A stretch of DNA of 64,000 nucleotides from an uncultured Candidatus Rokubacteria bacterium (GTDB taxonomy: Bacteria; Methylomirabilota; Methylomirabilia; Rokubacteriales; DASRDR01): the NCBI GenBank assembly GCA_963826115.1, contig CAWGVS010000010.1, positions 224,001 to 288,000 of the forward strand, in the 5' to 3' direction. The notes beneath the pieces were generated by a model. It worked only from the letters and a program-made list of their open reading frames with translations, was not told the origin of the DNA and made no database searches. Below are positions 20,692 through 32,034 of this stretch, piece by piece. The stretch's first letter is position 1; each line of letters opens with the position of its first letter. The position numbers and the translations under genes were made by a program.

Positions 20692-21566
20692 TGGGCGGGA
20701 CGATCGTCGGCGAGCGCGGCGTGGCCCGCCGGGTCCTGGTCTACGGCCTGGTGGCCGCGGTGGCGCTCTGGCTCGTCGGCCCCTTCGTGTGGCTCTTCGT
20801 CACCAGCGTCTCGTACCAGAGGAACCTGCTCGCGCGGCCCTTCTCGTTCATTCCCCCCGAGATCACCTTCGACAACTACCGGATGATCTTCGGGCTGGTG
20901 CGGTTCCACGCCGAGGGGCAGGCGGCGAAGATCCTGCCCTCGATGCTGAACACGATGATCGTGGCCACGGTCGTGACGGCGCTGAACCTCGTCATCGGCA
21001 CCACCGCCGGGTACGCGTACGCGCGGTTCCGGTTCCCGCTGAAGGGCCTGTCGCTCTACGGGCTCCTCTTCACGCGGATGCTGCCCACGATCGTGCTGAT
21101 CCCGGCGTTCTTCCTCATGTTCCGCGCGCTGGGACTCCAGAACTCCCTGACGGGGCTCACGGTGGCGTATTGCGCGTTCACGCTCCCGTTCACGATCTGG
21201 ATCATGAAGGCGTACTTCGAGACGATCCCGGCCGAGCTCGACCGGAGCGCCCTGGTCGACGGCTGCAATCGCCTCCAGGCCTACTACCGGGTCGTCCTGC
21301 CGGTGTCGGGGCCGGGCCTCGTGGCGGGCGGCGCCTTCACCTTCATGTTGTGCTGGAACGAGTTCCTGGTGGCGCTGGTGCTCAACACGAAGCCCGGCAC
21401 CACGACGCTGCCGCCCGTCATCGCGGCGATGAACGCCCAGATCAACATCGACTACTCGGTCATCGCGGCCTCGGGCTTTCTCGGCGCGCTGCCGGCGGTG
21501 CTCCTGGTGCTGATCTTCCAGCGCTACCTGGTCCAGGGCCTGACCGCAGGCTCGGTCAAGGGCTAG
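20691..21566 (+). CDS. Carbohydrate ABC transporter permease
   Basis: FETIPAELDRSALVDGC, WNEF and QRYLVQGLTAGSVKG. TGATG overlap with the previous gene. Confidence 0.92.
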   Translation: MGGTIVGERGVARRVLVYGLVAAVALWLVGPFVWLFVTSVSYQRNLLARPFSFIPPEITFDNYRMIFGLVRFHAEGQAAKILPSMLNTMIVATVVTALNLVIGTTAGYAYARFRFPLKGLSLYGLLFTRMLPTIVLIPAFFLMFRALGLQNSLTGLTVAYCAFTLPFTIWIMKAYFETIPAELDRSALVDGCNRLQAYYRVVLPVSGPGLVAGGAFTFMLCWNEFLVALVLNTKPGTTTLPPVIAAMNAQINIDYSVIAASGFLGALPAVLLVLIFQRYLVQGLTAGSVKG

Positions 21567-21753
21567 CCGCCCGGGCCGCGGGCAGCACTGCGGCGCCCAC
21601 TCCATCGAGTGATCGGGGACCCACCGCCGGCGGCGATGCGTTGCTGGTCGCCCGTCTCCGGTCGTAGGCGGGACGGGCACAGGGGCTCGCGCGGGCCGGT
21701 TCGGTGGCGTTCGCCCCGCCGGCCCGCGCGGTGGCCTCGACCTGCCGAGCGTC

Positions 21754-22548
21754 CTACTTCTTGAAGGCGTCCTGGAAGAACTTCGCCGCCTCGGCCTTGG
21801 ACTCCTTGTCGACCTCGGCGTTGTAGGCGAGCGGGAGGTTGAACTTCTTGCCGGCCTCGGTCGCCTCCGGATTCGTGAAGGCGTGCACCGCCCCGGGGTA
21901 GTTGATGAACTGGTAGCTCACCTTCGCGGCGTCCATCTCCTTCTTGAAGCTCTCGATCTGCTCCGGCTTCACGAACGGGTCGTCCGCGCCGTTCAGCACC
22001 AGGACCTTGGCCTTGACCGTGCCCGGCGCCGGCGCCGGCGTGTTGGCTCCGAGGGACCCGTGAAACGTGGCCACGCCCACGAGGTCGGCTCCGGTGCGCG
22101 CCATGTTGAGCACGACCGCGCCCCCGAAGCAGTAGCCGGCGGCGCCGATGCGGCTCGGATCCACCGTCGCGTGCTTCGCGAGGGTCTCGCGCGCGGCGTT
22201 GAAGCGGGACTGCATCGCCTTCGGATCCTTCATGACCCCGCCCGACAGCGCGCCCGCGTCCTTGGGATTGTCCGCGGTCTTCCCGTCGCCATACATGTCG
22301 GCGATGAATGCCGTGTAGCCCTGCGCGGCGAACTTGCCAGCCTCGCCGTGCACGTGCTTCGTGATGCCCCACCATTCGTGCACGAGGACGATTCCGGGCC
22401 GCTTGCCCGCGACGGCGTCGTCGTAGACGATGAACCCCTTCATCTCCGTGGCGCCGTCCTTGTACGTCACCGGCTCCTCGCGGATCGCGGCGAACGCCGG
22501 GACGGCGAAGGACAGCACGAACAGAGCGCTCGCTACCAGCCTCTTCAT
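21754..22548 (-). CDS. Dienelactone hydrolase family protein (secreted)
   Basis: Signal peptide, HEWWG, nucleophile motif GYCFGG, GADD and HAFTNP. Confidence 0.92.
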   Translation of the reverse strand: MKRLVASALFVLSFAVPAFAAIREEPVTYKDGATEMKGFIVYDDAVAGKRPGIVLVHEWWGITKHVHGEAGKFAAQGYTAFIADMYGDGKTADNPKDAGALSGGVMKDPKAMQSRFNAARETLAKHATVDPSRIGAAGYCFGGAVVLNMARTGADLVGVATFHGSLGANTPAPAPGTVKAKVLVLNGADDPFVKPEQIESFKKEMDAAKVSYQFINYPGAVHAFTNPEATEAGKKFNLPLAYNAEVDKESKAEAAKFFQDAFKK

Positions 22549-22844
22549 GGGAATCTCCTTTCGGTGATGCTCGGCGGTCCGGAGCCACCGGCGCTCCTCG
22601 CCGGCGTCCCCGGGTGACCCGTGGCCGATCTCTGCCTACGAGTGTAGCGCGCCCGCCACCACCCGCGACGGCCTCTCCGGGACGTGTTCCTGCGCTGCGT
22701 GAATCTGGGCGCGCGGCTCGACTGCGGGCAGCGCGGGCTGTTCGGGAGACGCGTTGCTGGGCGCCTCGTCGCGGTATAGATTTGCCAGTGCGGCGGTCGA
22801 CTGACCGCGCGGAGACCACCGGACGGAAAGAGAGGAACGAGGGC

Positions 22845-24071
22845 ATGCGCGAGGTGAAGTGGCCGTACGGGTGGGGCCGGGTCGGCTACTCGTGGGAGGA
22901 GCGCAAGCCGTGGCTCCACCTGCCGTTCCCGGTGGCGGAGTACGAGGGCCGCGTCGAGAAGATCCGCCGGCTCATGCGGGACCGCGGGCTCGACGGCCTG
23001 GTCGTTCACGGCAACCGCGCCGAGCGGGCGCCGGTCCGCTACCTGTCGAACTTCGAGGACTACTACGGCGGCGACACGCTGATCGTCATCCCGCTGGCGG
23101 GCCCGGTCGGGCTGACGACGAACGCGGTCATGCACGGCGAGCCCATGCACTCGGGCATCCAGGACACCTGGATCCACGACGTCCGGTGCGCCCCGCACCC
23201 GCGCACCGTCGACTACCAGACGACGACGATCTACGACCACCTGGCGGACTTCCTCGCCGAGCGCGGGCTGGCTCAGGGGACGGTCGGCATCTCGGGCGAG
23301 TACGCCTACCACGCGCGGGAGTTCCTGAAGAAGCGCTTCCCGGCCGTCAAGCAGGTGGAGGCCGCCGCGATCATCGGCGAGGCGATGATGCGGAAGAGCG
23401 ACGCCGAGGTGGCGCTGATGAAGGAGGTCGCTCTGATGAGCGACCAGGGCCTGATCGCCTTCATGAAGGCGGTCAAGCCCGGGGTGAGCGAGCACGATCT
23501 CGCCGCCGAGGCGAACTACGCCATGTTCAAGGCGGGCGCCGAGGACACGGCCTTCCCCATCGCGGCCTGCGGCGGCCCGCGGAGCGGCTTCAAGCACGTG
23601 GTCCCGAGCGGCCGCAAGCTCCAGGCCGGGGAGATCGCCTTCACCGACCTGGGCGCCCGGCTCAAGGGATACTGCAGCGACACGGCGCGCGGGAAGGTGG
23701 TGGGCGACGCGCCGACCCCCGAGCAGCGGCGGTTCCTGAACGCGCAGATCGACATCGTCCACGCGACGATCGCTATGATCCGGCCGGGCGTGCGCATCGG
23801 CGACGTCGCCGCGCGCGGGGCCGAGATGGCCAAGGAGTTCGGTTACGAGGAGTGGTTCTACTTCCGCGGGCACGGCATCGGGGCCACGACGCACATCCCT
23901 CCGAGCTTCGTTCCCGGGAGCAACGCCATCCTCGAGAAGAACATGACGTTCGCCTACGAGCCGATGTTCGTCCGCAAGGACTTCGGGACCGCGTGCGTCG
24001 AGGACCTCTACGTCGTGACCGCCGACGGCTGCGAGCGGCTCTCCGAAGCCCCCGAGAAGTGGTGGGAGTAG
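22845..24071 (+). CDS. Xaa-Pro peptidase (M24) family protein
   Basis: Creatinase-like N-domain. Metal ligands in DLGARLKGYCSD, GHGIG, YEP and VED. Confidence 0.87.
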   Translation: MREVKWPYGWGRVGYSWEERKPWLHLPFPVAEYEGRVEKIRRLMRDRGLDGLVVHGNRAERAPVRYLSNFEDYYGGDTLIVIPLAGPVGLTTNAVMHGEPMHSGIQDTWIHDVRCAPHPRTVDYQTTTIYDHLADFLAERGLAQGTVGISGEYAYHAREFLKKRFPAVKQVEAAAIIGEAMMRKSDAEVALMKEVALMSDQGLIAFMKAVKPGVSEHDLAAEANYAMFKAGAEDTAFPIAACGGPRSGFKHVVPSGRKLQAGEIAFTDLGARLKGYCSDTARGKVVGDAPTPEQRRFLNAQIDIVHATIAMIRPGVRIGDVAARGAEMAKEFGYEEWFYFRGHGIGATTHIPPSFVPGSNAILEKNMTFAYEPMFVRKDFGTACVEDLYVVTADGCERLSEAPEKWWE

Positions 24072-24135
24072 AGGGAGCGGGACCGGACCGACCCTCGGAT
24101 CGGGACCTCGGGCGGCGGGCGGCGACGATCGGCGC

Positions 24136-25060
24136 GTGATCCGGTTCGCCGCCCGCCGGCTCGGCTTCATGCTGCTGATCTTCGTGGTCAGCAGCGTCGT
24201 CGTGTTCGTGGTGGGCCGCCTTGCCCCGGGCGACCCGGTGCAGCTCCTGATGGGGGATCTCCGCGACCCGGTGTCCGAGGCGCGCCTCCGCCGGGAGCTC
24301 GGCCTCGACCTGCCGCTCTGGGGTCAGTACCTCCACTTCGCCGGGCGGGCGCTGCGCGGCGACCTCGGCCAGTCCTACGCGAACCCCGGCCGGTCGATCA
24401 ACCGCATGATCGCCGAGGCGGTGCCACCGACCGCGCGCCTCGCGCTGGCGACGGTGACGCTGGCCATCCTCGTTGGCGTCCCGCTCGGGGTCTACTCCGC
24501 GGTCGGCCCGGCAGTCGACGGGTGACGTCCTGGCGCGGCTGGTCGCGCTCGGCGGCATGTCGCTCCCGAGCTTCGTCGTCGCGGTGCTGCTCATCCGGTG
24601 GCTCGCGCTCGGCTGGCACGTCGCGCCGGTGTCGGGGTGGGGGGACCTCCGGCACTACGTGCTGCCGGTCCTCGTCCTCCTCGTCCAGCCGCTCGCCTAC
24701 ATCACGCGCGTGACGCGCGCCGGCGTCCTCCGGGTCCTGCCCGAGGACTACGTGCGCACCGCCCACAGCAAGGGCCTGTCGCCCTGGCGTGTCCTCTCGC
24801 GGCACGTGCTCCCGAACGCCGCGATCTCCGTCCTGACGATCGTCGGCCTGGCGTTCAGCTACGCGCTCACCGGCGCGTTCGTCGTCGAGACCATCTTCCG
24901 CATCCCCGGGCTCGGGCAGGCCGCCATCGGCGCGCTCTTCTCGCGGGACTACCCGATGGTGCAGGCGGTGGGGCTCCTCTACGCGACGGTCTTCATCGGG
25001 ATCAACTTCCTGGTGGACCTCGGGTACGCGTACCTCGATCCGCGGATCCGGTATCGATGA
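24136..25060 (+). CDS. Peptide ABC transporter permease (DppB/OppB-like), frameshift near 24510
   Basis: PGDP..LGLDLPLWGQY in ORF 24136-24525. EDYVRTAHSKGL...DPRIR in ORF 24473-25060. Confidence 0.85.
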
Positions 25061-25959
25061 TCGGCCAGGCGGCGCCGCTCGCCCCGTCCGCGCTGGGGCC
25101 GGCCGCCCGGCCGGCCGCCCGTCGCGCGCAGTGGCTCCGCGCGGTGCGTCGGGACCGGACGACGGTGGCGGCCGGCCTGCTGGTCCTCCTGATCGTCGCG
25201 GGGAGCCTCGTCCTGCCCGAGATCCTGCCGTACCGCTACGACAAGCAGAGCCTCGACCACACCTTCGAGGGCCCGAGCGCGCGGCACTGGCTCGGGACCG
25301 ACCAGTACGGCCGGGACCTGCTCGTCCGCCTGGCGCAGGGCGGCCGTATCTCGCTCGCGGTGGCCCTGGTCACCGTCCTCGCCGAGGTGCTCCTGGGCGG
25401 GGTCCTGGGCGGCGTGGCCGGCTACGCGGGCGGCGTGCTCGACGAGTGGCTGATGCGGCTGACGGACATGATGCTCGCCTTCCCGGCGCTCCTGCTCGCG
25501 CTCCTCCTGGCGGCCATGCTGGGTCCGGGCGCGACGACGGTCGTGGCCGCCCTGACCCTCGCCGGCTGGCCCGCGATGGCCCGTACCGTGCGCGGCGAGG
25601 TGCTGAGCCTGAAGGAGCGGGAGTTCGTGGTCGCGGCGCGGGCCCAGGGCGCGAGCGTGGCCCGCGTGCTCCTCCGGCACCTCCTCCAGAACACCGCCCA
25701 CCTCATCGTCGTCCGCGCCACGCTCGACGTGGGGCCGATCATCCTCACCGAGGCGACGCTCTCCTTCCTGGGCCTCGGCGTGCAGCGGCCGATGCCGTCG
25801 TGGGGCGTCCTGATCGCGGACTCCTTCCAGTACCTCCAGAGCGCGCCGGCGCTCGCGGTGATCCCGTGCGTCACCCTGTCCGTCACCATCCTGGCGCTCA
25901 ACTTCCTCGGCGAGGGCGCAGCCGAGGCGCTGGACCCCAGCGTGCGCGAGGCACCTTGA
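25057..25959 (+). CDS. Peptide ABC transporter permease (DppC/OppC-like)
   Basis: HWLGTDQYGRD, EFVVAARAQGA and LSFLGLG..P.PSWG. Confidence 0.92.
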   Translation: MIGQAAPLAPSALGPAARPAARRAQWLRAVRRDRTTVAAGLLVLLIVAGSLVLPEILPYRYDKQSLDHTFEGPSARHWLGTDQYGRDLLVRLAQGGRISLAVALVTVLAEVLLGGVLGGVAGYAGGVLDEWLMRLTDMMLAFPALLLALLLAAMLGPGATTVVAALTLAGWPAMARTVRGEVLSLKEREFVVAARAQGASVARVLLRHLLQNTAHLIVVRATLDVGPIILTEATLSFLGLGVQRPMPSWGVLIADSFQYLQSAPALAVIPCVTLSVTILALNFLGEGAAEALDPSVREAP

Positions 25960-26061
25960 CGCCGCCGGGCCGGTGTCCGATTCTGGCCTCGATGTCGCTC
26001 GCGCCGCCGACCGGATCTGCGGCGGGCCGGCACGACTGTTGCGCAACGCACTGAGTGGAGG

Positions 26062-27669
26062 ATGACGATGCCACGCTACGGGTTCGGATTCCGCGCCGTC
26101 CTGGCCGCCGCGGCCGTGCTCCTGACCGCGACGCTGCCGGGCGGCGCCCTGGCTCAGACCACGTTCCGCTCGGTCCTCGTGGGAGAGCCGCCGCACATCG
26201 ACCCGCAGCGGATGGCCGACTTCGGCTCGTACACGGTCACGAGCCAGGTCTACTCCACGCTCACGGTCCTGGACGAGAAGCTCCAGATCGTGCCGTACAC
26301 GGCCGAGAAGTGGACGGTATCCCGCGACGGGCTCACCTGGACGTTCAAGCTGCGCGACAACATCGTCTTCCACAACGGGCGGAAGGCGGACGCCAACGAC
26401 GTCAAGTACTCGCTGACCCGGCTGGCCTCGCCAGACTCGCGCTCCCCGAGCTCCTTCCTGCTCCTGTCGGACGTCGTGGGCTTCGAGGCCGTCAACAAGC
26501 AGGGGGAGAAGGACCTGGCCGGAGTCAGGGTGATCGACCCGCTGACGGTCGAGATCAAGCTCCAGTCGCCGCCGAAGGGTGATCTGGCGACACGACTGTC
26601 CCACATCTCGACGGCCATCATCGCCAAGGAAGCGGTGGAGGCGGGCGGACCCAACTGGGCGGAGGCCCAGCCGATCGGGACGGGGCCGTGGAAGCTGAAG
26701 GAGTGGGCCCACCGCTCCAAGGTGGTGTACGACGCGTTCCCGCAGTTCTTCGAGGGGAAGCCGAAGGTCGATCGACTCGAGATGCCGATCGTCCAGGAGC
26801 CGGCGACGCAGCTCGCGATGTACCAGAACGGCGAGCTGGACGTCCTGCTGGTTCCGCTGGGCGACTACCCGCGTCTCAAGGCCGATCCCCGGTTCGGCAA
26901 GGAGATGAAGGTGTGGGACCGGGCGCAGGTGCAGTTCCTCGCCCTCAACCCGCGCGTCTACGCCCCGTTCAAGGACGTCCGGGTCCGCCAGGCATTCGCC
27001 CAGTCCATCGACCGGCAGAAGGTGATCAGCCAGGTGTTCCACGGCCTCTACCTCCCCGCGGCGGGGATGCTGCCGCCGGGCATTCCGGGCCACGACGCCC
27101 AGCTGAAGCCGCTCCCGTACGACCCGGCGCGGGCCAAGCAGCTCCTGGCCGAGGCGGGCTTCCCCGACGGCAAGGGGCTGCCGCCCCTGCCCATGTCGGT
27201 CAACCCGGTGACGGCCGACTACCGGATGATGGCCGAGCCGATCGCCGCGATGCTGAAGGACACCCTCGGCGTCAACATCGAGGTGCAGATGATGGAGTTC
27301 GCGGCCTACACCGCGGCGATGAACCGGCGGGACGTGCTCCCGTCGTTCATGACCGGGTGGAGCGCGAGCACCCTCGACGCCGCCTACTTCCACGAGCTGT
27401 GGCTCTTCAGCAAGTCGCCGATGAACCGCGTGAACTTCGAAAGCCCGGCGTTCGACAAGCTCATCGAGCAGGTGAACTCGGCGCCCGACCGGTCGCGGCG
27501 CATCGCGCTCATCAAGCAGGCGGAGGAGGTCATCACGAAGGAGGTGCCCCTCATCCCGATCATGTACACCCGCTTCGTGTACCTGATCAGCCCGCGGGTG
27601 AAGGGCCTCGAGATGGTGCCGCTGAGCCTCGGCTTCGGGCCGTTCCGCGGCGTCGAGGTCGTCCGCTAG
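26062..27669 (+). CDS. Peptide ABC transporter substrate-binding protein (family 5)
   Basis: Signal peptide, TWTFKLR...FHNG, IGTGPWKL and YDPARAKQLLAEAGF. Confidence 0.92.
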   Translation: MTMPRYGFGFRAVLAAAAVLLTATLPGGALAQTTFRSVLVGEPPHIDPQRMADFGSYTVTSQVYSTLTVLDEKLQIVPYTAEKWTVSRDGLTWTFKLRDNIVFHNGRKADANDVKYSLTRLASPDSRSPSSFLLLSDVVGFEAVNKQGEKDLAGVRVIDPLTVEIKLQSPPKGDLATRLSHISTAIIAKEAVEAGGPNWAEAQPIGTGPWKLKEWAHRSKVVYDAFPQFFEGKPKVDRLEMPIVQEPATQLAMYQNGELDVLLVPLGDYPRLKADPRFGKEMKVWDRAQVQFLALNPRVYAPFKDVRVRQAFAQSIDRQKVISQVFHGLYLPAAGMLPPGIPGHDAQLKPLPYDPARAKQLLAEAGFPDGKGLPPLPMSVNPVTADYRMMAEPIAAMLKDTLGVNIEVQMMEFAAYTAAMNRRDVLPSFMTGWSASTLDAAYFHELWLFSKSPMNRVNFESPAFDKLIEQVNSAPDRSRRIALIKQAEEVITKEVPLIPIMYTRFVYLISPRVKGLEMVPLSLGFGPFRGVEVVR

Positions 27670-27689
27670 GGCGGCGGGAGGAGGCGGCG

Positions 27690-28382
27690 ATGGCGATCTG
27701 GGACGACGTCGTTCCGCGCGCCGAGCAGCAGATCTACGAGGACGGGGGATGGGGCGGGCGCGTGGGCTTCGGCGCGCGCCCCGCGCTCCTGGTCGTGGAC
27801 ATGTACACCGCCTTCGTGGACCCCGCGTACCCCTTCGCGAGCCCCGGCGCTCGCGAGACCGCGCGGGTCATCGCCGAGCTCCTCGACGCGGCGCGGGCGG
27901 GCGGGACGCCCGTCTTCTACACGCGCGGCGAGCGGGCGACCTGGCCGATCGAGCGCGGGCGCTGGAAGACCCGCGGGACGCTCCGGCCGATCATGGCCCG
28001 CCCCGAGGCCTACCAGATCGTGCCGGAGCTGGCGCCCCGGCCCGAGGAGCCCGTGATCGTCAAGGCGTACCCGAGCGGCTTCGTGGGCACCAACCTGCTC
28101 GCGTATCTCGTCTACCACGGCGTGGACACGCTCATCGTGACCGGGGCCGTCACGAGCGGCTGCGTCCGCGACACGGTGCTGGACGCCTTCAACCACAACT
28201 ACCGGGTCATCGTGCCGGAGGAGGCCGTCTGCGACCGGGGCGCCACCTCCCACAAGGTGACGCTCTTCGACATCCACATGAAGTACGGCGACGTGATCCC
28301 GCAGGCGGAGGTGCGCGAGTATCTGAAAACGGTCCGCGGCGGCGAGGCGAGTCTCGCGCTCGAGGAGGCCGCGGCGCGCTGA
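27690..28382 (+). CDS. Isochorismatase family cysteine hydrolase
   Basis: ALLVVD, K..PSGF.GT and TSGCVR.TV.DA. Confidence 0.9.
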   Translation: MAIWDDVVPRAEQQIYEDGGWGGRVGFGARPALLVVDMYTAFVDPAYPFASPGARETARVIAELLDAARAGGTPVFYTRGERATWPIERGRWKTRGTLRPIMARPEAYQIVPELAPRPEEPVIVKAYPSGFVGTNLLAYLVYHGVDTLIVTGAVTSGCVRDTVLDAFNHNYRVIVPEEAVCDRGATSHKVTLFDIHMKYGDVIPQAEVREYLKTVRGGEASLALEEAAAR

Positions 28383-28422
28383 CGGGTCCGGCGGCGCTCG
28401 CCGCCGCGCGAGGCCGGGACGG

Positions 28423-29389
28423 TCAGGGTCGGCCGTCTCGGCCGACGATGTCCTGCACGCGGGCGAGGTCCACGTTCCCGCCGCTCAGCACGGCCACGAC
28501 CGTCCGGCCGCCGAGCCCGTCGATCCGGCCGGCGAGGAGCGCGGCCACTGCCGCGGCGCCCGCGCCCTCCACCAGGAGCTTCGCGCGCTCGAGGAGACCG
28601 CGCATCGCCTCCCGGATCTCGTCCTCCGACACCGCGACGAGGTCGTCGACGTGGCGGGCGACCGTCTCGACCACGAGCTGGCTCGTCGTGGGCGAGGCGA
28701 GCCCGTCGGCGACGCTCGGCGCGCGCTTGATCCATTGCGGCTTGCCGGCGGCCAGGGAGTCGTGCACGAGCCGCCCGGGGAGGCACTCGACGCCGACCAC
28801 GCGCACCTCCGGGCGGCGTAGCTTGATCGCGGCGGCGATCCCCGAGATGAGCGTGCCCCCGCCGACGGGCACCACGACGGCCTCCACGTCCGGAAGGTCC
28901 TCCAGGATCTCGGCGCCGATCGAGCCGTAGCCGGCGATCAGCGCGGCGTCGGCCCACGCGTCGATGAGCACCGCGCCGTGCCGGGCCCGGAGCGCCTCGA
29001 CCCCGTCGAACCAGGTCGCGGGATCCGGGTGGAGGACGACCTCGGCGCCGTAGCCCCGCACCGCGTCGATCTTCGCGGCGGACGCCGTCGCGAGCATCGA
29101 CACCCAGCAGCGCACGCCGGCCTGGCGCGCGGCGTAGGCGACGCCCTGGGCCAGGTTGCCCGCGGACATGACGATGACGCCGCGTCGCTTCTCGTCCGCG
29201 CTCGAGCTGGGCGATCCGGTTGACGCCGCCGCGCGGCTTGTAGGAGCCGGTCTTCTGGAGGTTCTCGCACTTGACGTGGAGCCGCACGCCGCACCGGGCG
29301 CCGAGGCTCGCCGTCGACAGGAGGGGCGTCCGGTGCACCTGCCCGCGGATGACGGCCCGCGCGCCGTCGAGCTCTTCTCGCGTGATCAC
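28423..29389 (-). CDS. Threonine/serine dehydratase family PLP enzyme, frameshift near 29200
   Basis: KCENLQKTGSYKPRG in one frame. SAGNLAQGVA, PVGGGTLISG and LSGGN in the next. Confidence 0.85.
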
Positions 29390-29432
29390 CCGCGGCCCGC
29401 CGGCGCGCGCGATCCCGCCACGTCGCGCGGGG

Positions 29433-30209
29433 TCACGGAGTCGCCGGGTCGACCTCGGCGCGAGTGGCCCCGCGACGGAACCGGCCGAGCATGATCGTCA
29501 TCGGGAAGGGAAGGGTGTCGCGATACAGCCCGATCTTGAAGTACACGCTGTCGAGGTCGTCCGGGTAGCCCAGGGAGCCCTTGTAGTCGACGACCTGGCG
29601 GCCGTTGAGCCAGGCCTGGAGGAAACCGTCGGGCGTGGGCGTCAGCTTGAGGTGGTAGACGAGCTGGTTCCAGCGCCCGCGGATGTCGGCCTTCTCCTCG
29701 AAGAGCACGACGCGCTTGTCGGCCTCCTGGATGGTGATCGAGAAGACGCCGTTCCGGTAGCGGTTGGCGATGGCGGGGCTGTGGTCCGCCGTGCAGTCGC
29801 CGCAGGCCTGCTTCCACTGCCCGAGGACGAGGCGTCGGTCGACCACCGGAAAGTCGGTCGGGATGTAGAGCTGGAAGCTGTACCAGACGTCGGTGCCGGT
29901 CGGGAGATGGAAGCGGTTGGCCTCGGACAGCTCCGCGCGCTCCGCGACGCCTCCGCTCTCGGCCATGTCGCCGGTCCGGAGCGTGATCGCCAGGACGCTC
30001 CGATCCTGCCCCGCCGGATCGGGGACGGACTTGAGCCCGTCGGACTTGATCCGCTGGAGCTGCCAGACGGAGCCCGGGCCGCTCGGGAAGTCGTCCGCGA
30101 GCGTCAGCGTCGGCCCGTCGGCGACCGAGCGCGCCGGCCCGACTCCCGTCAGGACGAGCATGACCAGAACCAGTCCGCACAACCGGATCGCTCCCGCACC
30201 GTGACGCAT
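29433..30209 (-). CDS. Polysaccharide lyase-like (heparin lyase I-like beta-jelly-roll) secreted protein
   Basis: Signal peptide, ERAEL, WYSFQLYIP.DF, GQWKQ and YFKIGLYR. Confidence 0.75.
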   Translation of the reverse strand: MRHGAGAIRLCGLVLVMLVLTGVGPARSVADGPTLTLADDFPSGPGSVWQLQRIKSDGLKSVPDPAGQDRSVLAITLRTGDMAESGGVAERAELSEANRFHLPTGTDVWYSFQLYIPTDFPVVDRRLVLGQWKQACGDCTADHSPAIANRYRNGVFSITIQEADKRVVLFEEKADIRGRWNQLVYHLKLTPTPDGFLQAWLNGRQVVDYKGSLGYPDDLDSVYFKIGLYRDTLPFPMTIMLGRFRRGATRAEVDPATP

Positions 30210-30429
30210 GGCCTCGTCCCGCCTCCCGCTCGGATGATCGCTGCCCTCCCGGCATGCTAGCACGCGACCGCGCCGGGGGCTGGCGCCGGCCGGCCTCGCG
30301 CCCGAGGAGGGGCGCGCGCTTGACAGGCTGTCGTTCCCCCCCGATCATGCGTCAAACGCCGGGCCCGGACCCCGTGACGCCGCCTGCCTGCGCTCCCGGG
30401 GCCGAGGCCCCCATCGAAAGGAGCCGTTC

Positions 30430-32009
30430 ATGAAGAGGGTCACCTGGCTGCGTCGCGGCGATGGTCCTGCTCGCCGGTCCCGCCCTGGCGGCGACGCCCA
30501 AGGACACGGTCGTCATGGCCAAGCAGATCGACGACATCATCTCGCTGGATCCCGCCGAGTCGTTCGAGTTCTCGGGCAGCGAGGTGACCGGCAACATCTA
30601 CGAGCGGCTCATCGCCTACGACCTGAAGGACGTCAGCAAGCTCAAGGGCGAGCTGGCGGAGAGCTGGTCGGCCGGCGCCGACGGGAAGACCTACACCTTC
30701 AAGATGAAGAAGGGCATCAAGTTCCACTCGGGCAACCCGGTGACCGCGCAGGACGCCGCCTACTCGCTCCAGCGGGCGGTGATCATGAACAAGACGCCCG
30801 GGTTCATCCTCACCCAGTTCGGCTTCACCAAGGAGAACGCGAAGGAGAAGATCCGGGCGACCGACGACCAGACGCTGGTCGTCGAGACGGGCGAGGCGGT
30901 GGCGCCGACCTTCTTCTACTACTGCCTGACCGCCGTCATCGGCGGGGTGGTGGACATGAAGACCGTCCAGGCGCACGAGAAGGACGGCGACTTCGGGAAC
31001 GAGTGGCTCAAGACGAACTCGGCCGGCTCCGGGCCGTTCAAGCTCGTCAGCTGGAAGGCGAAGGAGTCCTACACGCTCGAGCGCTGGGACGGGTACTGGG
31101 GCACGAAGGCGCTGCCGCGCCGCGTGGTCGTCCGCCACGTCCCGGAGGCCGCGACCCAGCGCCTCCTTCTCGAGAAGGGCGACATCGACTACGCGCGGGA
31201 CCTCAGCAAGGACCAGCTCGACGCCGTCCGCGGCAACGCGAACATCAAGCTCCAGCAGGCGCCCAAGGGCTCGATCTTCTACGTCAGCCTGAACCAGAAG
31301 AACGCGACCCTGGCCAAGCCCGAGGTCCGCGAGGCGCTCAAGTGGCTCACGGACTACGCCTCGATCGAGGAGAGCCTGCTGCGCGGGCTCTACGTCGTCC
31401 ACCAGGCGTTCCTCCCCAAGGGCTTCCTGGGCGCGGTCGAGGACAAGCCGTACAAGTTCGACCTCGCCAAGGCGAAGGCGCTCCTGGCCAAGGCCGGCGT
31501 GCCGGACGGCTTCAACGTGACCATGGACGTCCGCAACTCGTTCCCGACCAACGACATCGCGCAGGCGATCCAGGCCAACTGGGCCAAGGCCGGCGTCAAG
31601 GTCGAGCTCATCCCGGGTGACGGCAAGCAGGTCCTGACGAAGTACCGCGCCCGCAACCACGACATCTACATCGGCTCGTGGGGCCCCGACTACCAGGACC
31701 CGCACACGAACGCCGAGACGTTCGCGATGAACGTGGACAACACGGACGCCGCCAAGTCGAAGACCCTGGCCTGGCGGAACACCTGGGACATCCCGGACAT
31801 GACCAAGCAGACCCAGGCCGCCGTGCTGCGAGCGGGACGCCAAGAAGCGCGCGGAGATGTACCAGGCGATCCAGCGCGAGCACCAGCGGAGCTCGCCGTT
31901 CATCATCATGTTCCAGCAGACGGAAGTGGCCGCTCACGGCAAGGACGTGGACGGCTTCGTGATCGGGCCGAGCTTCGAGAACAACCTCTACGCGGGGATC
32001 AAGAAGTAG
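30430..32009 (+). CDS. Dipeptide ABC transporter substrate-binding protein (DdpA/DppA-like), frameshifts near 30450 and 31830
   Basis: DDIISLDPAE.FE, AGSGPFKL and WGPDYQDPHTNA. The signal peptide and the C-terminus lie in other frames. Confidence 0.85.
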
Positions 32010-32034
32010 CTGACGGCTCGATGATCACCGACCG

